Below are positions 26,553 to 36,797 of a DNA stretch of 64,000 nt, in pieces. The notes below the pieces were generated by a model. That model saw only the letters and a list, made by a program, of their open reading frames with translations. It had not been told where the DNA came from and did no database searches. Position numbers and translations under genes: made by a program. The first letter of the stretch is position 1, and the number at the start of each line of letters is the position of its first letter. The stretch is from a virus, in IMG/VR virus record IMGVR_UViG_3300035698_022389, positions 32,001 to 96,000 of that record; one strand, written 5' to 3'.

Positions 26553-29033
26553 ATGAGACACTTTATGGAAGAATCTGTAGGAAACGTCCTGACAGAAGCA
26601 GGGACGGGGCTAACTATCCCGCTCACAATGCAGAGGCTGGATTTGGTTGGCCGAGTGACCCCAGTAGGAGCAATGCTTCGGGTAACTCATCGGTTCAAGA
26701 CTGAGGGGCAGATTGAGCCTATGGAGGCCCTTTATACATTTATGTTGCCCCGTAATGGCACACTCAGACGATTCATCGTTAAAGGTGAAAATTTCAAGGT
26801 GGAATCCAAACTCGAACCTCGTGCAGAAGCTCGTGAAGCATATGAAGAAGGCATGGAAGCAGGGCATTTATCGGTATTGGCTGAAGCCAATCAGGATGGC
26901 ATGGTTTCTTTGTCTGTTGGTCAAGTGCAGCCTGATGAAATCATAACTGTTGTTATGGATATAGTGTCAGGTGTTGAAATCAAAGACAATATTTACCGTT
27001 TTCGTTTTCCCTTCACTCTGGCTCCCAGCTATCATGCTCGTGCAATAGTTACTTCAACCAAAGACGACGGGAAGATGACATTACCTTCGGATGTATTTGG
27101 TGACATTATACTTCCTGAATGGAAAAATGATGCTTCTGGTCTTCATCGGGTATCTTTCAGAATGAATGTTGAAGCTGCCGGCAAACTAGATTCAGTATCG
27201 TCTCCATCTCACAGGATTCTGGTCCGACCGAGTGGCGAAGGTTCTGCCGAAATTGAATTGTCAGGTACAGGAGATGTTCCAAACCGTGATCTGGTGATTG
27301 ATGTGCAGGCAAAAGAAGTTGAAGCTTCTGTGTTTGCTGATGCCAAGTTGGTTTCCAAGAAATCCAGCAAAGATGACCCCAAGGTTATGAAGGGTGCATC
27401 TCGATGGACGGTTGTTGTCCCATCGAGCCTGCTCCCTAAATCAAAGAAAGTTTCCAGAAAAGTCTGTTTCGTCTTGGATGACTCTGGTTCAATGGGTGGT
27501 CAGCCAATTGAACAGGCAAAATTGGCAGTCCGAGCCTGTTTATCGGCTCTTAGGCCAACAGATGAATTTGGTTTGATTTACTTTGGGTCAAGCTACACCG
27601 TTTTCGATGCTAAAATGGCTAAGGCCACAGATGTAAGTCGGAAACGTGCTGACCAATTTATCAGTAGAATACATGCAGGCAGTGGTGGAACCAATTTGGC
27701 TGATGCTCTTGGTGCTGCTATTAGTGTTCTGGGTGGTTCTGGTGGGGATATTTTCTTGATGACAGATGGCCAAGTGTTTGAAACAGGCACTATTGTTGAG
27801 CAATGTGCTGCAGCAGGGGCGAAAGTTCATGTTTTGGGCATTGGTTCAGCCAGCCAAGACAGGTTTCTTTCCAGCCTTGCTCGTCGGAGTCATGGTGTAC
27901 AGAAGATGGTGGGTGTGACTGAAGATGTGACAGCCAGCTCTTTGGAGTTATTCAATGCTGTTAGACGGCCCATTCAGATTGACCTGAAGGCATATGTTAC
28001 AGGCAAGAAGATGTCTCAGGAACATCAGGTTGATACCATTTGGGATGGTTATCCTGTATTGCTGACAGATGATGGTACTACAGGTCTGAATCTCCCACAA
28101 ACCGTGACGTTTACTTGGGGCTGTGGTAAATCAGTTAAGAAGGTCAAAGTTCCTGTGAACTGTATTCAAGAAGTTCCAAATGGTTTGTCTGGTCTTTTAC
28201 ATGCGGGACGACAGGTGGAAGACCTTGAGGCTGCTTTGGATGCTGCTCTGAAAGATGGCCCTGAGAAAAAAAATATAGAAGCTCTCCTGAAGGTTGTTTC
28301 CATAAGTTATGGATTGGCCAGCCGGTTGATGTCTTTGATAGCCATCGTAAAACGTGCTGGTGACCAAGCAGGCACACAGGTGAAACAACAGGTCGTTGCT
28401 GTGGGTATCCCTGAAGGAATGGGTGGTGCAGGTATATTCCGTGGGTGTGGTGGCCAATCTTTTAGTTCCTATGTTCCTGTTAGTTCCTGTGTTTCTGAAA
28501 GCATCCTGAATTATGGTGCTTCTGAAAGCATCCTGAGTTATGGTGCTTCTGAAAGCATCCTGAGTTATAGTGCTTCTATGGACGGGATGGGACAGGAACC
28601 CGTGGAAGCTTCTTCTCTAAGAGGTTTTCAGATGAAGGGTGTTTGTGACTTTGCTGTTACGGACACCGATGATATCGTGGACAATCCCTCTGAATTGTTT
28701 GGGTCTTTGACAAAATTACAATCTGATGGTGGTTTGCCTGGTGAAACTCGGAAGAAACGTGCTCATGAGACTGTGATTCTGGCATTGGCAGCTTATATGT
28801 CTGATAAAGACAGTGATGCTCCCAAGTACAATCTCCACATTGAACGGATGCTGGAATTCTTGAATCATTATCTTGACTTGAATGTTGGGAAAGACCCCGA
28901 CATGGCCAAAATGGTTGGAATCATTGAGGTAGGGCTGGTTCGGGTGAATGAGGAATGTATGCAAATCCTTAGAAATCCCCTGGCAGGTGACCCTGAAACT
29001 AATTGGGTTCGGCTGTCAAGTGTTCTAGTTTGA
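26553..29033 (+). CDS. VIT plus von Willebrand factor A domain protein (ITIH/vWA5A-like)
   Basis: VIT: VTHRF...EALYTFMLP...VGQVQP; vWA MIDAS FVLDDSGSMGG, GGTNL, LMTDG; C-terminal LQSDGG helical region; SD AAGGAG, ATG 26553. Confidence 0.85.
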   Translation: MRHFMEESVGNVLTEAGTGLTIPLTMQRLDLVGRVTPVGAMLRVTHRFKTEGQIEPMEALYTFMLPRNGTLRRFIVKGENFKVESKLEPRAEAREAYEEGMEAGHLSVLAEANQDGMVSLSVGQVQPDEIITVVMDIVSGVEIKDNIYRFRFPFTLAPSYHARAIVTSTKDDGKMTLPSDVFGDIILPEWKNDASGLHRVSFRMNVEAAGKLDSVSSPSHRILVRPSGEGSAEIELSGTGDVPNRDLVIDVQAKEVEASVFADAKLVSKKSSKDDPKVMKGASRWTVVVPSSLLPKSKKVSRKVCFVLDDSGSMGGQPIEQAKLAVRACLSALRPTDEFGLIYFGSSYTVFDAKMAKATDVSRKRADQFISRIHAGSGGTNLADALGAAISVLGGSGGDIFLMTDGQVFETGTIVEQCAAAGAKVHVLGIGSASQDRFLSSLARRSHGVQKMVGVTEDVTASSLELFNAVRRPIQIDLKAYVTGKKMSQEHQVDTIWDGYPVLLTDDGTTGLNLPQTVTFTWGCGKSVKKVKVPVNCIQEVPNGLSGLLHAGRQVEDLEAALDAALKDGPEKKNIEALLKVVSISYGLASRLMSLIAIVKRAGDQAGTQVKQQVVAVGIPEGMGGAGIFRGCGGQSFSSYVPVSSCVSESILNYGASESILSYGASESILSYSASMDGMGQEPVEASSLRGFQMKGVCDFAVTDTDDIVDNPSELFGSLTKLQSDGGLPGETRKKRAHETVILALAAYMSDKDSDAPKYNLHIERMLEFLNHYLDLNVGKDPDMAKMVGIIEVGLVRVNEECMQILRNPLAGDPETNWVRLSSVLV
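28494..28574 (+). repeat. 27-bp tandem repeat x3 in the vWA gene
   Basis: Encodes SESILNYGA-SESILSYGA-SESILSYSA. Confidence 0.9.
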
Positions 29034-29060
29034 TTCTGAAATAAAAGCTTCAATTTGTAG

Positions 29061-29095
29061 AATGGGGTGGTTTTTTACGAGACCACCCCATTTTT
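29061..29095 (+). terminator. Intrinsic terminator after the vWA gene
   Basis: aatggggtggt...accaccccatt stem followed by a T run. Confidence 0.8.
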
Positions 29096-29196
29096 CCGTC
29101 CTGGGTGTTCGTTAGGGAGCCTATATTATAGCATTAGTTGTAAGGGTTGATGATTGTGTACCTAATTCGAGCTTTCCAATGACGGAGGTTTTTAAC

Positions 29197-30039
29197 ATGC
29201 CAAATACAGATAATAGTACTGCAAACACGGGGGTGGGCGGGACTTCGTACATGTACGATTATGGAACTAGCCCCAATACTCGAACAGCTGTCAGCCAAAA
29301 GGTTCGTATTCTGACACCTCATATGGGGAATACGACCACAATGGCTCAGATGGGTGTGCTTTCACAATTCAATCCTAGCCAGAGTCGTACCGTAGAACCT
29401 GTTCGAGGAGTTGGTTTTGGTGATCAAGTTGCTGAATTGGTGCCCTCTGTAACGGAACCAACTACAGGCAACTTTGAAAGAGCACTCTTGTACCTATGCA
29501 ACTTGTGGCAAGCCTCTGGTTATGCTTCAGGTATAGATGGTCCTGTTCGTTCTTTAGCCCATCATAAATGGCCTTTCGACATTGAACAGCAAGTTGTTTT
29601 CAGTACGTTGGCCGATGTGGACATGGGTGTACCAAATGAAGGTATTGGATTCGAGGCGGGTACTTTCCAAGGTGGTGTAGATCAAATTAAATACGGTGCG
29701 GTTACTCCAAACCCAAATGTTACTAATACTCAGGGTAACGGTGATGAGCAAGGGCATTCTGCCATTATCACTGTATATGAAGCATGTTGGTTCACCAGTT
29801 GGTCCACGACATTTGCTAAAGATTCTGGCCTTATCATGGAATCTGGTGACGTAACCGTCAGTGATGTCCATGATTTTGCTTCTGTCTATGGTGAGTTCTT
29901 GGCAACAGGTAATGATCCAACAGTTGGACAGCTTGGTTCTATTCGATATGCTGAATCCGGTTATGACGTAGCTGGTGCAGCTGGTCGTCAGACCATTGGT
30001 GCAGCTGGCCAAGGCGTTTTTGCCGTTGGTGCTACTTAA
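29197..30039 (+). CDS. Tail tube protein
   Basis: SD GGAGG then ATG 29197; RTVEPVRGVGFGDQVAELVP...TVYEACWFTSWSTTF...IMESGDVTV tube-like pattern; synteny. Confidence 0.8.
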   Translation: MPNTDNSTANTGVGGTSYMYDYGTSPNTRTAVSQKVRILTPHMGNTTTMAQMGVLSQFNPSQSRTVEPVRGVGFGDQVAELVPSVTEPTTGNFERALLYLCNLWQASGYASGIDGPVRSLAHHKWPFDIEQQVVFSTLADVDMGVPNEGIGFEAGTFQGGVDQIKYGAVTPNPNVTNTQGNGDEQGHSAIITVYEACWFTSWSTTFAKDSGLIMESGDVTVSDVHDFASVYGEFLATGNDPTVGQLGSIRYAESGYDVAGAAGRQTIGAAGQGVFAVGAT

Positions 30040-30265
30040 TCCAGGCTTTCCTTGATTGCTTGGGTAAAGTACAGGTAAACCTGGGATACAACCCAGCAGC
30101 CTGTTAAGACAAACAGATGGACAGATGGACAACAACTTGAGCTTTTTTCCCTCCTTCTTTTTTTGGGGGTGGTCTGACTTACCTATTGAAACTAACAGAC
30201 AAGCTCAAACTTGTGCTATCCAGGGCTGCGAGGTTGTTTCCTTTAACAGAAAGGGAATAACGATA

Positions 30266-31600
30266 ATGGAACAAATTACACTTGACGCTCTGGAGAGTGC
30301 TCTTGCCCCTATCGAAGCCATCGGTAAAAGTGAGATAACTTTCGACGTTCTGGGGACGAAATCAAACCCTGGTACACCCGTCACACTACGAATTCTTCTC
30401 CCTGAAGAAGAGATTATAGCTCAGAGATATGCTTCTGAAGCTTTGGCAGATACCAACGAAAAGAAAACTCATGATGCCTTAGAGTATCTGGAGCGTTTCA
30501 AGGTTGGTATCTTGTCGTATTCTATCGTGGCTGTCGGCTCCCTTGATTTCCATGATGTAGATTACATTGCCACAGGGGAAATTCTGGAGAACGGCCAAGC
30601 TGTCAAAGAACCCAAACATTTGGCCATGAGAAAACTCCTTTTCCGATGGACTCAAGATATTAGAACTAGGATGCTCAACAAATACAATGAGTTACTGCTC
30701 AAAGTGGAGTTGAAGTCCGAGAAAGCTATTGTTTTCGACCCTGTAGACCTGGCAACAGAGATTGAACGGGTTGAGAAACGGCTGGGAGAATTGAAGAAGG
30801 CTCAGGAGAAAGATAGCAGTATTACTACTTCGGCTATCCATGATCAAGTGAAAGAGATTGCAGAGCTTGATAAAGCAGATAGTCGAGACCGTAGGGCTGC
30901 CGTTGATGCAATGGCCTCAAAACGGGCTGGTGTCGCCCCACAGGTAGATGAAGATGTAGCTTTACCTGAAAATGTGGATGCCTCTCCTGCACTGGGTCCC
31001 CAACGAACAGAATCAGTTGAGTTGAAGCCTGCTGTCTTCCATGAAGCAGCCACCCCACCTCCTGAGCGAGCGGTGGAGCAACAAGTAGTTCCAACACCAC
31101 CTATCACTCAGGAAGCGCCCCAAACACAGCCTGTTGAGAATACAGAACCTCCATTACCTGTATGGGAGGATGACTCTTTCGTGGATGCCAGTGATGTTGA
31201 TGGGATGAAGGCTGCTGTTCATGCTGAAAACCAGAGACTTTTGGCAGCTAGACGTGGGCAAGTTCCTCCTGACCAAGGAGCTTTAAATACCATGAGGGCA
31301 GAGCAAGCTGCCAAAGGCCAGCCTGTGATGCGTCCTGGTGTACAACCTCCTCATATTGGAGCTAAGGCCGTAGCAGATGGATTAGAGTCCGAAGAAACCC
31401 AGATTCTGGATGCTTCACGGAAAGCTCTGAAAGAATCCTCTGGTAAAATAGGTGATACAGATGTTTATCGTCAGCCCGTTGAAATTTTGGATAGAATGGA
31501 GCCAACCAAACCTGCTCCACAGCAACCGGCAGTTTTGAATAGTGGCCCTGCAACTCAATCTGTCAACCCGAGGTTCCAACCTGTTAATCGAAAGCCATAG
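30266..31600 (+). CDS. Putative tail assembly chaperone (N-terminal domain plus low-complexity tail)
   Basis: Likely ATG 30266 (track start 30125); between tube and tape measure; VTLRIL.PEEE...YLERFK...ILSYSI pattern. Confidence 0.55.
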   Translation: MEQITLDALESALAPIEAIGKSEITFDVLGTKSNPGTPVTLRILLPEEEIIAQRYASEALADTNEKKTHDALEYLERFKVGILSYSIVAVGSLDFHDVDYIATGEILENGQAVKEPKHLAMRKLLFRWTQDIRTRMLNKYNELLLKVELKSEKAIVFDPVDLATEIERVEKRLGELKKAQEKDSSITTSAIHDQVKEIAELDKADSRDRRAAVDAMASKRAGVAPQVDEDVALPENVDASPALGPQRTESVELKPAVFHEAATPPPERAVEQQVVPTPPITQEAPQTQPVENTEPPLPVWEDDSFVDASDVDGMKAAVHAENQRLLAARRGQVPPDQGALNTMRAEQAAKGQPVMRPGVQPPHIGAKAVADGLESEETQILDASRKALKESSGKIGDTDVYRQPVEILDRMEPTKPAPQQPAVLNSGPATQSVNPRFQPVNRKP

Positions 31601-31603
31601 CCT

Positions 31604-32767
31604 ATGGGAATGTTGCCGACGACAACTCCCGAGCAACGGGCAGCGTTCTATGAGGACGTTGAAGATTTCACCAGTGTGGGATTTATATCTCATTCATTGA
31701 GTCTTGCAGGTGCTCGTTTGTCATTTCGGTCTTTGTCTGCTGGAGATTTGTTTTTAATTAGAACCCATGGTGATGACGAGGATTGGCAGGCATGGATGGT
31801 AGCTTCTTCTATCTGGATGGTGGATGGTTTCAGCCTTCTGGGAGAAACTAATTCTCCATATCATATCCATAAAATGTTGAAAGACATACCTCGGTCAACA
31901 ATGGCTATTTTGTTCAGTATTGTTAAGGGGTTGTTTTCTCGGCAGGATCAAGCTATCGGAGCAGTTGAGGCATATTGTTATGAAAATGCTTCACGTTTTC
32001 GGTGGAAAGCCACTAAAGGATCCTCTATAGGGACTACTTCTGGGATTCAGGGCACCAGCAGGTTCGGGCTGAACTCTGTGATGCAGATGTGGCGGTTTTT
32101 TAATGAGGTTGAGGATAAACGGAGTTTTGATGAAGCTCAATGGGATGGTTTCAAGCTGTCTGCTTCAGCCTCGTCTCCTAAAGGGGTTGAGAAAATTGAT
32201 AAACATGATAGGAGTAGACGTGAACGAGAGGAAAATCGGCGACAGGATGTTCTTGACCGATTTTACTATATTAGAAAAGGAGTTTTGTCTTCAGAGTCGA
32301 AGCCAACAGACACTGAATCTATTGGCATTCGTGCCAAATCTTATGATGACTTGGAGGGTGAGATGCAACGTTGGGTTAGTGGGGATGAGGATTTCCATGA
32401 TAAGATTGTCAGTAGCTACAAGAATTCAATCACTTCTCGATATGATCGGGAACAAGATGACAGAGCAGCCCGACGAGAAATGTTGCAGAAAAAATACGAG
32501 GAAATGGAGTTGGATACGAAGCCCCAGCCTTTGGTTGGTTATACGTTGGACCAATTGGAGCATGTTGTGAAAAGTCGAAAGCCAGGTGTGGCTCATCTTT
32601 ATCATGATACTCAAGGAACTCAGGAGAAGTTATATCAACGTCATTTGAAATTAGCAGAAAAAGGGTTATTGGAAGCTGAAGATGGCCAGCTAAAAGCCCC
32701 AAATGTGAATCCTGAACTGATGGAGTTAATCACCAAACGTCAGGTTCCATATAAGTCAGAGGATTAA
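31604..32767 (+). CDS. Putative second tail assembly chaperone
   Basis: 387 aa directly upstream of the tape measure, in frame with the previous ORF after TAG-CCT. Confidence 0.5.
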   Translation: MGMLPTTTPEQRAAFYEDVEDFTSVGFISHSLSLAGARLSFRSLSAGDLFLIRTHGDDEDWQAWMVASSIWMVDGFSLLGETNSPYHIHKMLKDIPRSTMAILFSIVKGLFSRQDQAIGAVEAYCYENASRFRWKATKGSSIGTTSGIQGTSRFGLNSVMQMWRFFNEVEDKRSFDEAQWDGFKLSASASSPKGVEKIDKHDRSRREREENRRQDVLDRFYYIRKGVLSSESKPTDTESIGIRAKSYDDLEGEMQRWVSGDEDFHDKIVSSYKNSITSRYDREQDDRAARREMLQKKYEEMELDTKPQPLVGYTLDQLEHVVKSRKPGVAHLYHDTQGTQEKLYQRHLKLAEKGLLEAEDGQLKAPNVNPELMELITKRQVPYKSED

Positions 32768-32770
32768 ATC

Positions 32771-35700
32771 ATGGACATTCGTTCATCCATCTTGAGTTTT
32801 GGTACACAAGTCGACACGACGGCAATGACTAAATCCATCACAACGATAAAGAATCAGATGGAGAATAATGTTAGGGATGCTTTTTCAACAGGTATGAAAC
32901 AAGGCTTGTCTTTGAAGCATATGGATGCTGTACGTAAAAAGATGACTGACACCTCTAAGGAAATTAGCGACATACAGGAAAGGATTCGTCGAGAAACCTA
33001 TAAGATGAATTCCACCAGTGCTTCAGATGCCATGAAGTCCGCAGCAGCTGTTAACAAAGAAATGTTAGAAGGACAATTACAGAATCAAGCTCAGGCTTTG
33101 GGTGCGGATACAGATAGAATAGCCAATCTTTCCAATAAACTTGAACAGATGCAGACGGATGATTCCAAACATTGGATGGCTATGACGGGTAAATCTGTTG
33201 AAACTTTCGGTGAGGGAATGCATTCTGTCTTTTCAGACATCACGTCTAAGGATGTAACCTCCATTTTTGGTGTTATTCAGAAAGGTGCAGCCAAACTTCA
33301 ACAGATACAGGCCAAGGCTGTAGCTTCGAAAGAAGCTGGGGGTAGTGGGGGAATGGCCAAGATTGCAGGAGTCCTGTCAAAACTAGGTCCAACATTGGTA
33401 GCTATTGGGGCAATAGCAGCTGGATTTGCAGCAGTTGTCAAATTGATTATAGATGTGGATGCTCAAGCTAAAGACTTGCATCGAACTTTAATGGAGAGTG
33501 GGGTTTCTGTAGGTGATATAGATGGGGGGGCAAGAGATTTAGAGAAATCTCTTAGGGATGTTCGAGAGATGGCCGTAGATGTCAGTAATAATATGGATTG
33601 GGGGACTCAGGCAGAGGATCAAATAAAGATTATTGGGGCCTGGAATGAAGCAGGTTATACCATGAAAGAAATGGTAGGTACCTTGGATAAGGGTGAGAAA
33701 AGTATGAATGCTTACCAGAAAGCTACTTCTGCTGCTTTGACTTATTCAAAATTGTTAGGTGAGTCATCAGATAAGGTAGCCCAGGATATGACGGGCATGA
33801 TGGAGCAGTTGGGTATGTCCCTGGCAGGTGTAAAAGAAAACTTTGCTATGATTTATGATGCTGCCCAGATGAGTGGGTTCGGAACCAAACGCTTTTTCGG
33901 GATGGTTCTTCAAGCTACTACAGGGATGGGCATGTATAATGTTCGTCTTGAACAGACAGCAGCAATGCTTCTCAACTTGAACAAGATTCTTGGAACTAAA
34001 TTTGGTGCTGAGTTTTTCCAGAAACTGACAGGTCAATTCTCAGGGGATAGTGCCCAAGAAGGCATGAAGAAAATTATGTTACGGGGTGGGGATGCAGTAT
34101 CCGCTGCATTAAAAAGCCAAGCAGAATATACTGCTGACGGTGTAATGAATGTGTTTAAATCCAACTTTAAGGGTGACTTTGCTACAGGGTTGAAAAGTAT
34201 ATTTGGAGATGAAGGGTCAGAACTAGCAGCACAACTTTCTGATGCTGATACACGAGGTGAAGGGATTAGTGCCCTTGTAGCCACTTTGGGGGGGATGAGC
34301 TCTAAAGACCAAAGCGCCCTTTTTGTAAGAACTCAGAAAGAGGTTGGTGATGATGCTGCTCGACAACTTCAGCAATTATTCGTTCAGGTAAATGGTATCA
34401 GTGGTTCTATGGGAGAGCAGATGAATGCTTTGAGAGCTATGGGTCCAGGTGGTGTTTTGGTAGATAACATGTCTAGGATGCTTGATGTAACAGGTGCTAA
34501 AAGTATGGCCGAATTATCATCGAAATTGGGTGCAATAAGTCAAGTAACGCTTGAAAGTCTGCATGGGATAGATTCGACAATGAGAGATCAAATGACAGCA
34601 TTGGCAGTGTCTACTGGTGGTCAATGGAATGATATGAAAAAACTTCAAGAGAGGATGGGAACGTCCGAATTTGAGGGAAAAGAAGGACAAGCTAAATTAT
34701 TAGCTGAACAGACGGAACAAATAAAACATTGGGGGGCTACTGCAATAGATACCAATACTATTAGTCATGCAAAATTAGATGAGAATAATAAAGTGTTAGA
34801 AACTGGTTTCAAAAAATTGGAGAATGAAAAAGATTTACTGATGGGGCGTGTAAAAGCTGATGCCAATATGGCTAAAACCATGTCTGAACAAGAAGCATTA
34901 GCTAAAATGACAGCAGCAGCCACTACAGATATGAGTGCCTACTTAGAGATGGGTGTTAAGTATTTTCTGAATGGTATTTATAGTACTACTCAGAGTATTT
35001 TAGGGGCAATAACGGGTAAAGATTTAGAACCCGATGAAGTAATAGCAAGGGACAAGGCTCTAGATACTCAGCAGAAGGTTTCCGCTGGTTTAAGGGATCA
35101 GTTAGGTAAAAAAACAAACCAAATCAATGCAGCTAAACTAAAGATGGAACAAGTTGGTGGTCCCGAAAGAAAAGTATTGAAGGAACAGTTAAAGGTTTTA
35201 GTGTCTCAAAAAATTAATGCAGAAAAACAATTGAAAGTAAGTCAGGCTCAGGAAAGTGCTATTCTAAAAATAACGGGTGGGGGGTGGCTTGCTTTTGATA
35301 AAACTACATCTGATTTTGGGAGTGAAGCACGGGAGAGTGTGGCTAAAGATCAATTTGGGCGTACTGAAGGAATGGCTAAGGAGCAATTTGGGGGGCAGGG
35401 TTTTTACAATAAGGTGTCCCGTCCTATAACTTTTAATAATAGCAAAGTTAGACAAAAATTACAGGAAACTAACCCAGAAGAACTTAAAGCATTATTAAAA
35501 CTGGAAGAGGAGGGTCTTGATATTACAAAAGATCTTGCAACTCTGGCTAATGCTGGTTATCAGAAACAAATAGCTTTTCAAAAAACACTATCCCATCAAG
35601 AGGGCCTAGATGCTGATACACGCCAGAAAAACAAAATTGCAGCTGACGAAGGTTCTACATCTAAAATAAATGCTAAAGATAATGCAAAAGCAATGCAAGA

Positions 35701-36058
35701 TGAGGTATTAAGGAACTTAATTCAAGATAAGCTCGGTGTATCTGTATCTGATAGGATGCTTCGAGAAGTAAGAGGAGGAACATCTGAGGATTTGAAGGGA
35801 AAAGCACGAGATGATCTCATGCATAAGTTTAGGAATCCTCACGGAAGTGTTGAAACTCCTAATGATTTTATTTTGACTACTGGTGGGAGACTTATCAAAC
35901 CTAACTCGAAAGATACTATTGTAGGTTCTAAACCTGGTGGCCCTCTTGACCGATCAAGGGGGAAAGCTACTTCTATTATCAACAATTACTATCTCCCGAA
36001 TGATGCTAATCAAAATTTGATGACAATTACGAAAGCTCAGAAAGCAGGGATGATATAA
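32771..36058 (+). CDS. Tape measure protein
   Basis: 1095 aa, helical Ala/Gly/Met/Lys-rich; hydrophobic segment LGPTLVAIGAIAAGFAAVVKLII; C-terminal NDFILTTGG...KDTIVGSKPGGP; synteny. Confidence 0.8.
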   Translation: MDIRSSILSFGTQVDTTAMTKSITTIKNQMENNVRDAFSTGMKQGLSLKHMDAVRKKMTDTSKEISDIQERIRRETYKMNSTSASDAMKSAAAVNKEMLEGQLQNQAQALGADTDRIANLSNKLEQMQTDDSKHWMAMTGKSVETFGEGMHSVFSDITSKDVTSIFGVIQKGAAKLQQIQAKAVASKEAGGSGGMAKIAGVLSKLGPTLVAIGAIAAGFAAVVKLIIDVDAQAKDLHRTLMESGVSVGDIDGGARDLEKSLRDVREMAVDVSNNMDWGTQAEDQIKIIGAWNEAGYTMKEMVGTLDKGEKSMNAYQKATSAALTYSKLLGESSDKVAQDMTGMMEQLGMSLAGVKENFAMIYDAAQMSGFGTKRFFGMVLQATTGMGMYNVRLEQTAAMLLNLNKILGTKFGAEFFQKLTGQFSGDSAQEGMKKIMLRGGDAVSAALKSQAEYTADGVMNVFKSNFKGDFATGLKSIFGDEGSELAAQLSDADTRGEGISALVATLGGMSSKDQSALFVRTQKEVGDDAARQLQQLFVQVNGISGSMGEQMNALRAMGPGGVLVDNMSRMLDVTGAKSMAELSSKLGAISQVTLESLHGIDSTMRDQMTALAVSTGGQWNDMKKLQERMGTSEFEGKEGQAKLLAEQTEQIKHWGATAIDTNTISHAKLDENNKVLETGFKKLENEKDLLMGRVKADANMAKTMSEQEALAKMTAAATTDMSAYLEMGVKYFLNGIYSTTQSILGAITGKDLEPDEVIARDKALDTQQKVSAGLRDQLGKKTNQINAAKLKMEQVGGPERKVLKEQLKVLVSQKINAEKQLKVSQAQESAILKITGGGWLAFDKTTSDFGSEARESVAKDQFGRTEGMAKEQFGGQGFYNKVSRPITFNNSKVRQKLQETNPEELKALLKLEEEGLDITKDLATLANAGYQKQIAFQKTLSHQEGLDADTRQKNKIAADEGSTSKINAKDNAKAMQDEVLRNLIQDKLGVSVSDRMLREVRGGTSEDLKGKARDDLMHKFRNPHGSVETPNDFILTTGGRLIKPNSKDTIVGSKPGGPLDRSRGKATSIINNYYLPNDANQNLMTITKAQKAGMI

Positions 36059-36061
36059 CCA

Positions 36062-36775
36062 ATGGCCGACAGACCTCCAATTTTCCGATCATCTTTCATG
36101 TCACCAGATGATGGTTTTGATGAGAACCTTGGGAAAAAACCTGTTGTTTTCGACATCCTTGCTACTGATAAGGAAACCAGTATTCTCCCTGATAACATGA
36201 AGTTGGTTCTGCATGTGAATCCAGAATCAATGGCCATTAATTATGCCAAAATAATAGAACGGATTCCAACCAAAGGTGGCTTCGTCGAACAGCACTTTGG
36301 GGAGGGTTTAGATTCCTTGGAGTTTAATATAGCCACTGGTGGATTCATGCGTTTGTATTCAGGTCTGTCAAATATTACAGGTGGCCAAGGAGCCCTTGAT
36401 GTTGAAGGAACCCGTCGGGAGTCCATTGCTTACGATAAATATTTGGATGTGTTGGCATTGTTTCATAACAATGGCTCTGTTTATGATATCACGGGAAAAA
36501 TTGTGTTTCAGGGATTTATCAGTGTTACGTTTTACGGGGGTATTTACTTAGGAGTATTCAATGATTTCACGGTATCTGAGTCTGCTGATAAGCCTTATCA
36601 GTTTACGATGACAACAAGTTTTACGATTCAATCCGAGATGGTTAGGATACGGACGGATATGACCTACCAAATCCAGGATTCTCTAAGTAGTGAGTCTGGA
36701 ATAGATGCCCCGGATCTCTTGAATCCAGATTATTTGGATTTAGGTCGTCGGGTAGGCAAAAGGGATTGGATTTAG
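36062..36775 (+). CDS. Putative tube-initiator/baseplate hub accessory protein 1
   Basis: LHVNPESMAINYAK...TKGGFVEQHFGE...YQFTMTTSF tube-fold pattern; C-terminus altered by the 32-bp duplication at element C. Confidence 0.55.
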   Translation: MADRPPIFRSSFMSPDDGFDENLGKKPVVFDILATDKETSILPDNMKLVLHVNPESMAINYAKIIERIPTKGGFVEQHFGEGLDSLEFNIATGGFMRLYSGLSNITGGQGALDVEGTRRESIAYDKYLDVLALFHNNGSVYDITGKIVFQGFISVTFYGGIYLGVFNDFTVSESADKPYQFTMTTSFTIQSEMVRIRTDMTYQIQDSLSSESGIDAPDLLNPDYLDLGRRVGKRDWI

Positions 36776-36797
36776 GTCGTCGGGTAGGCAAAAGGGA
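36734..36797 (+). repeat. 32-bp tandem duplication across the gene/element junction
   Basis: ttggatttaggtcgtcgggtaggcaaaaggga x2. Confidence 0.95.
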
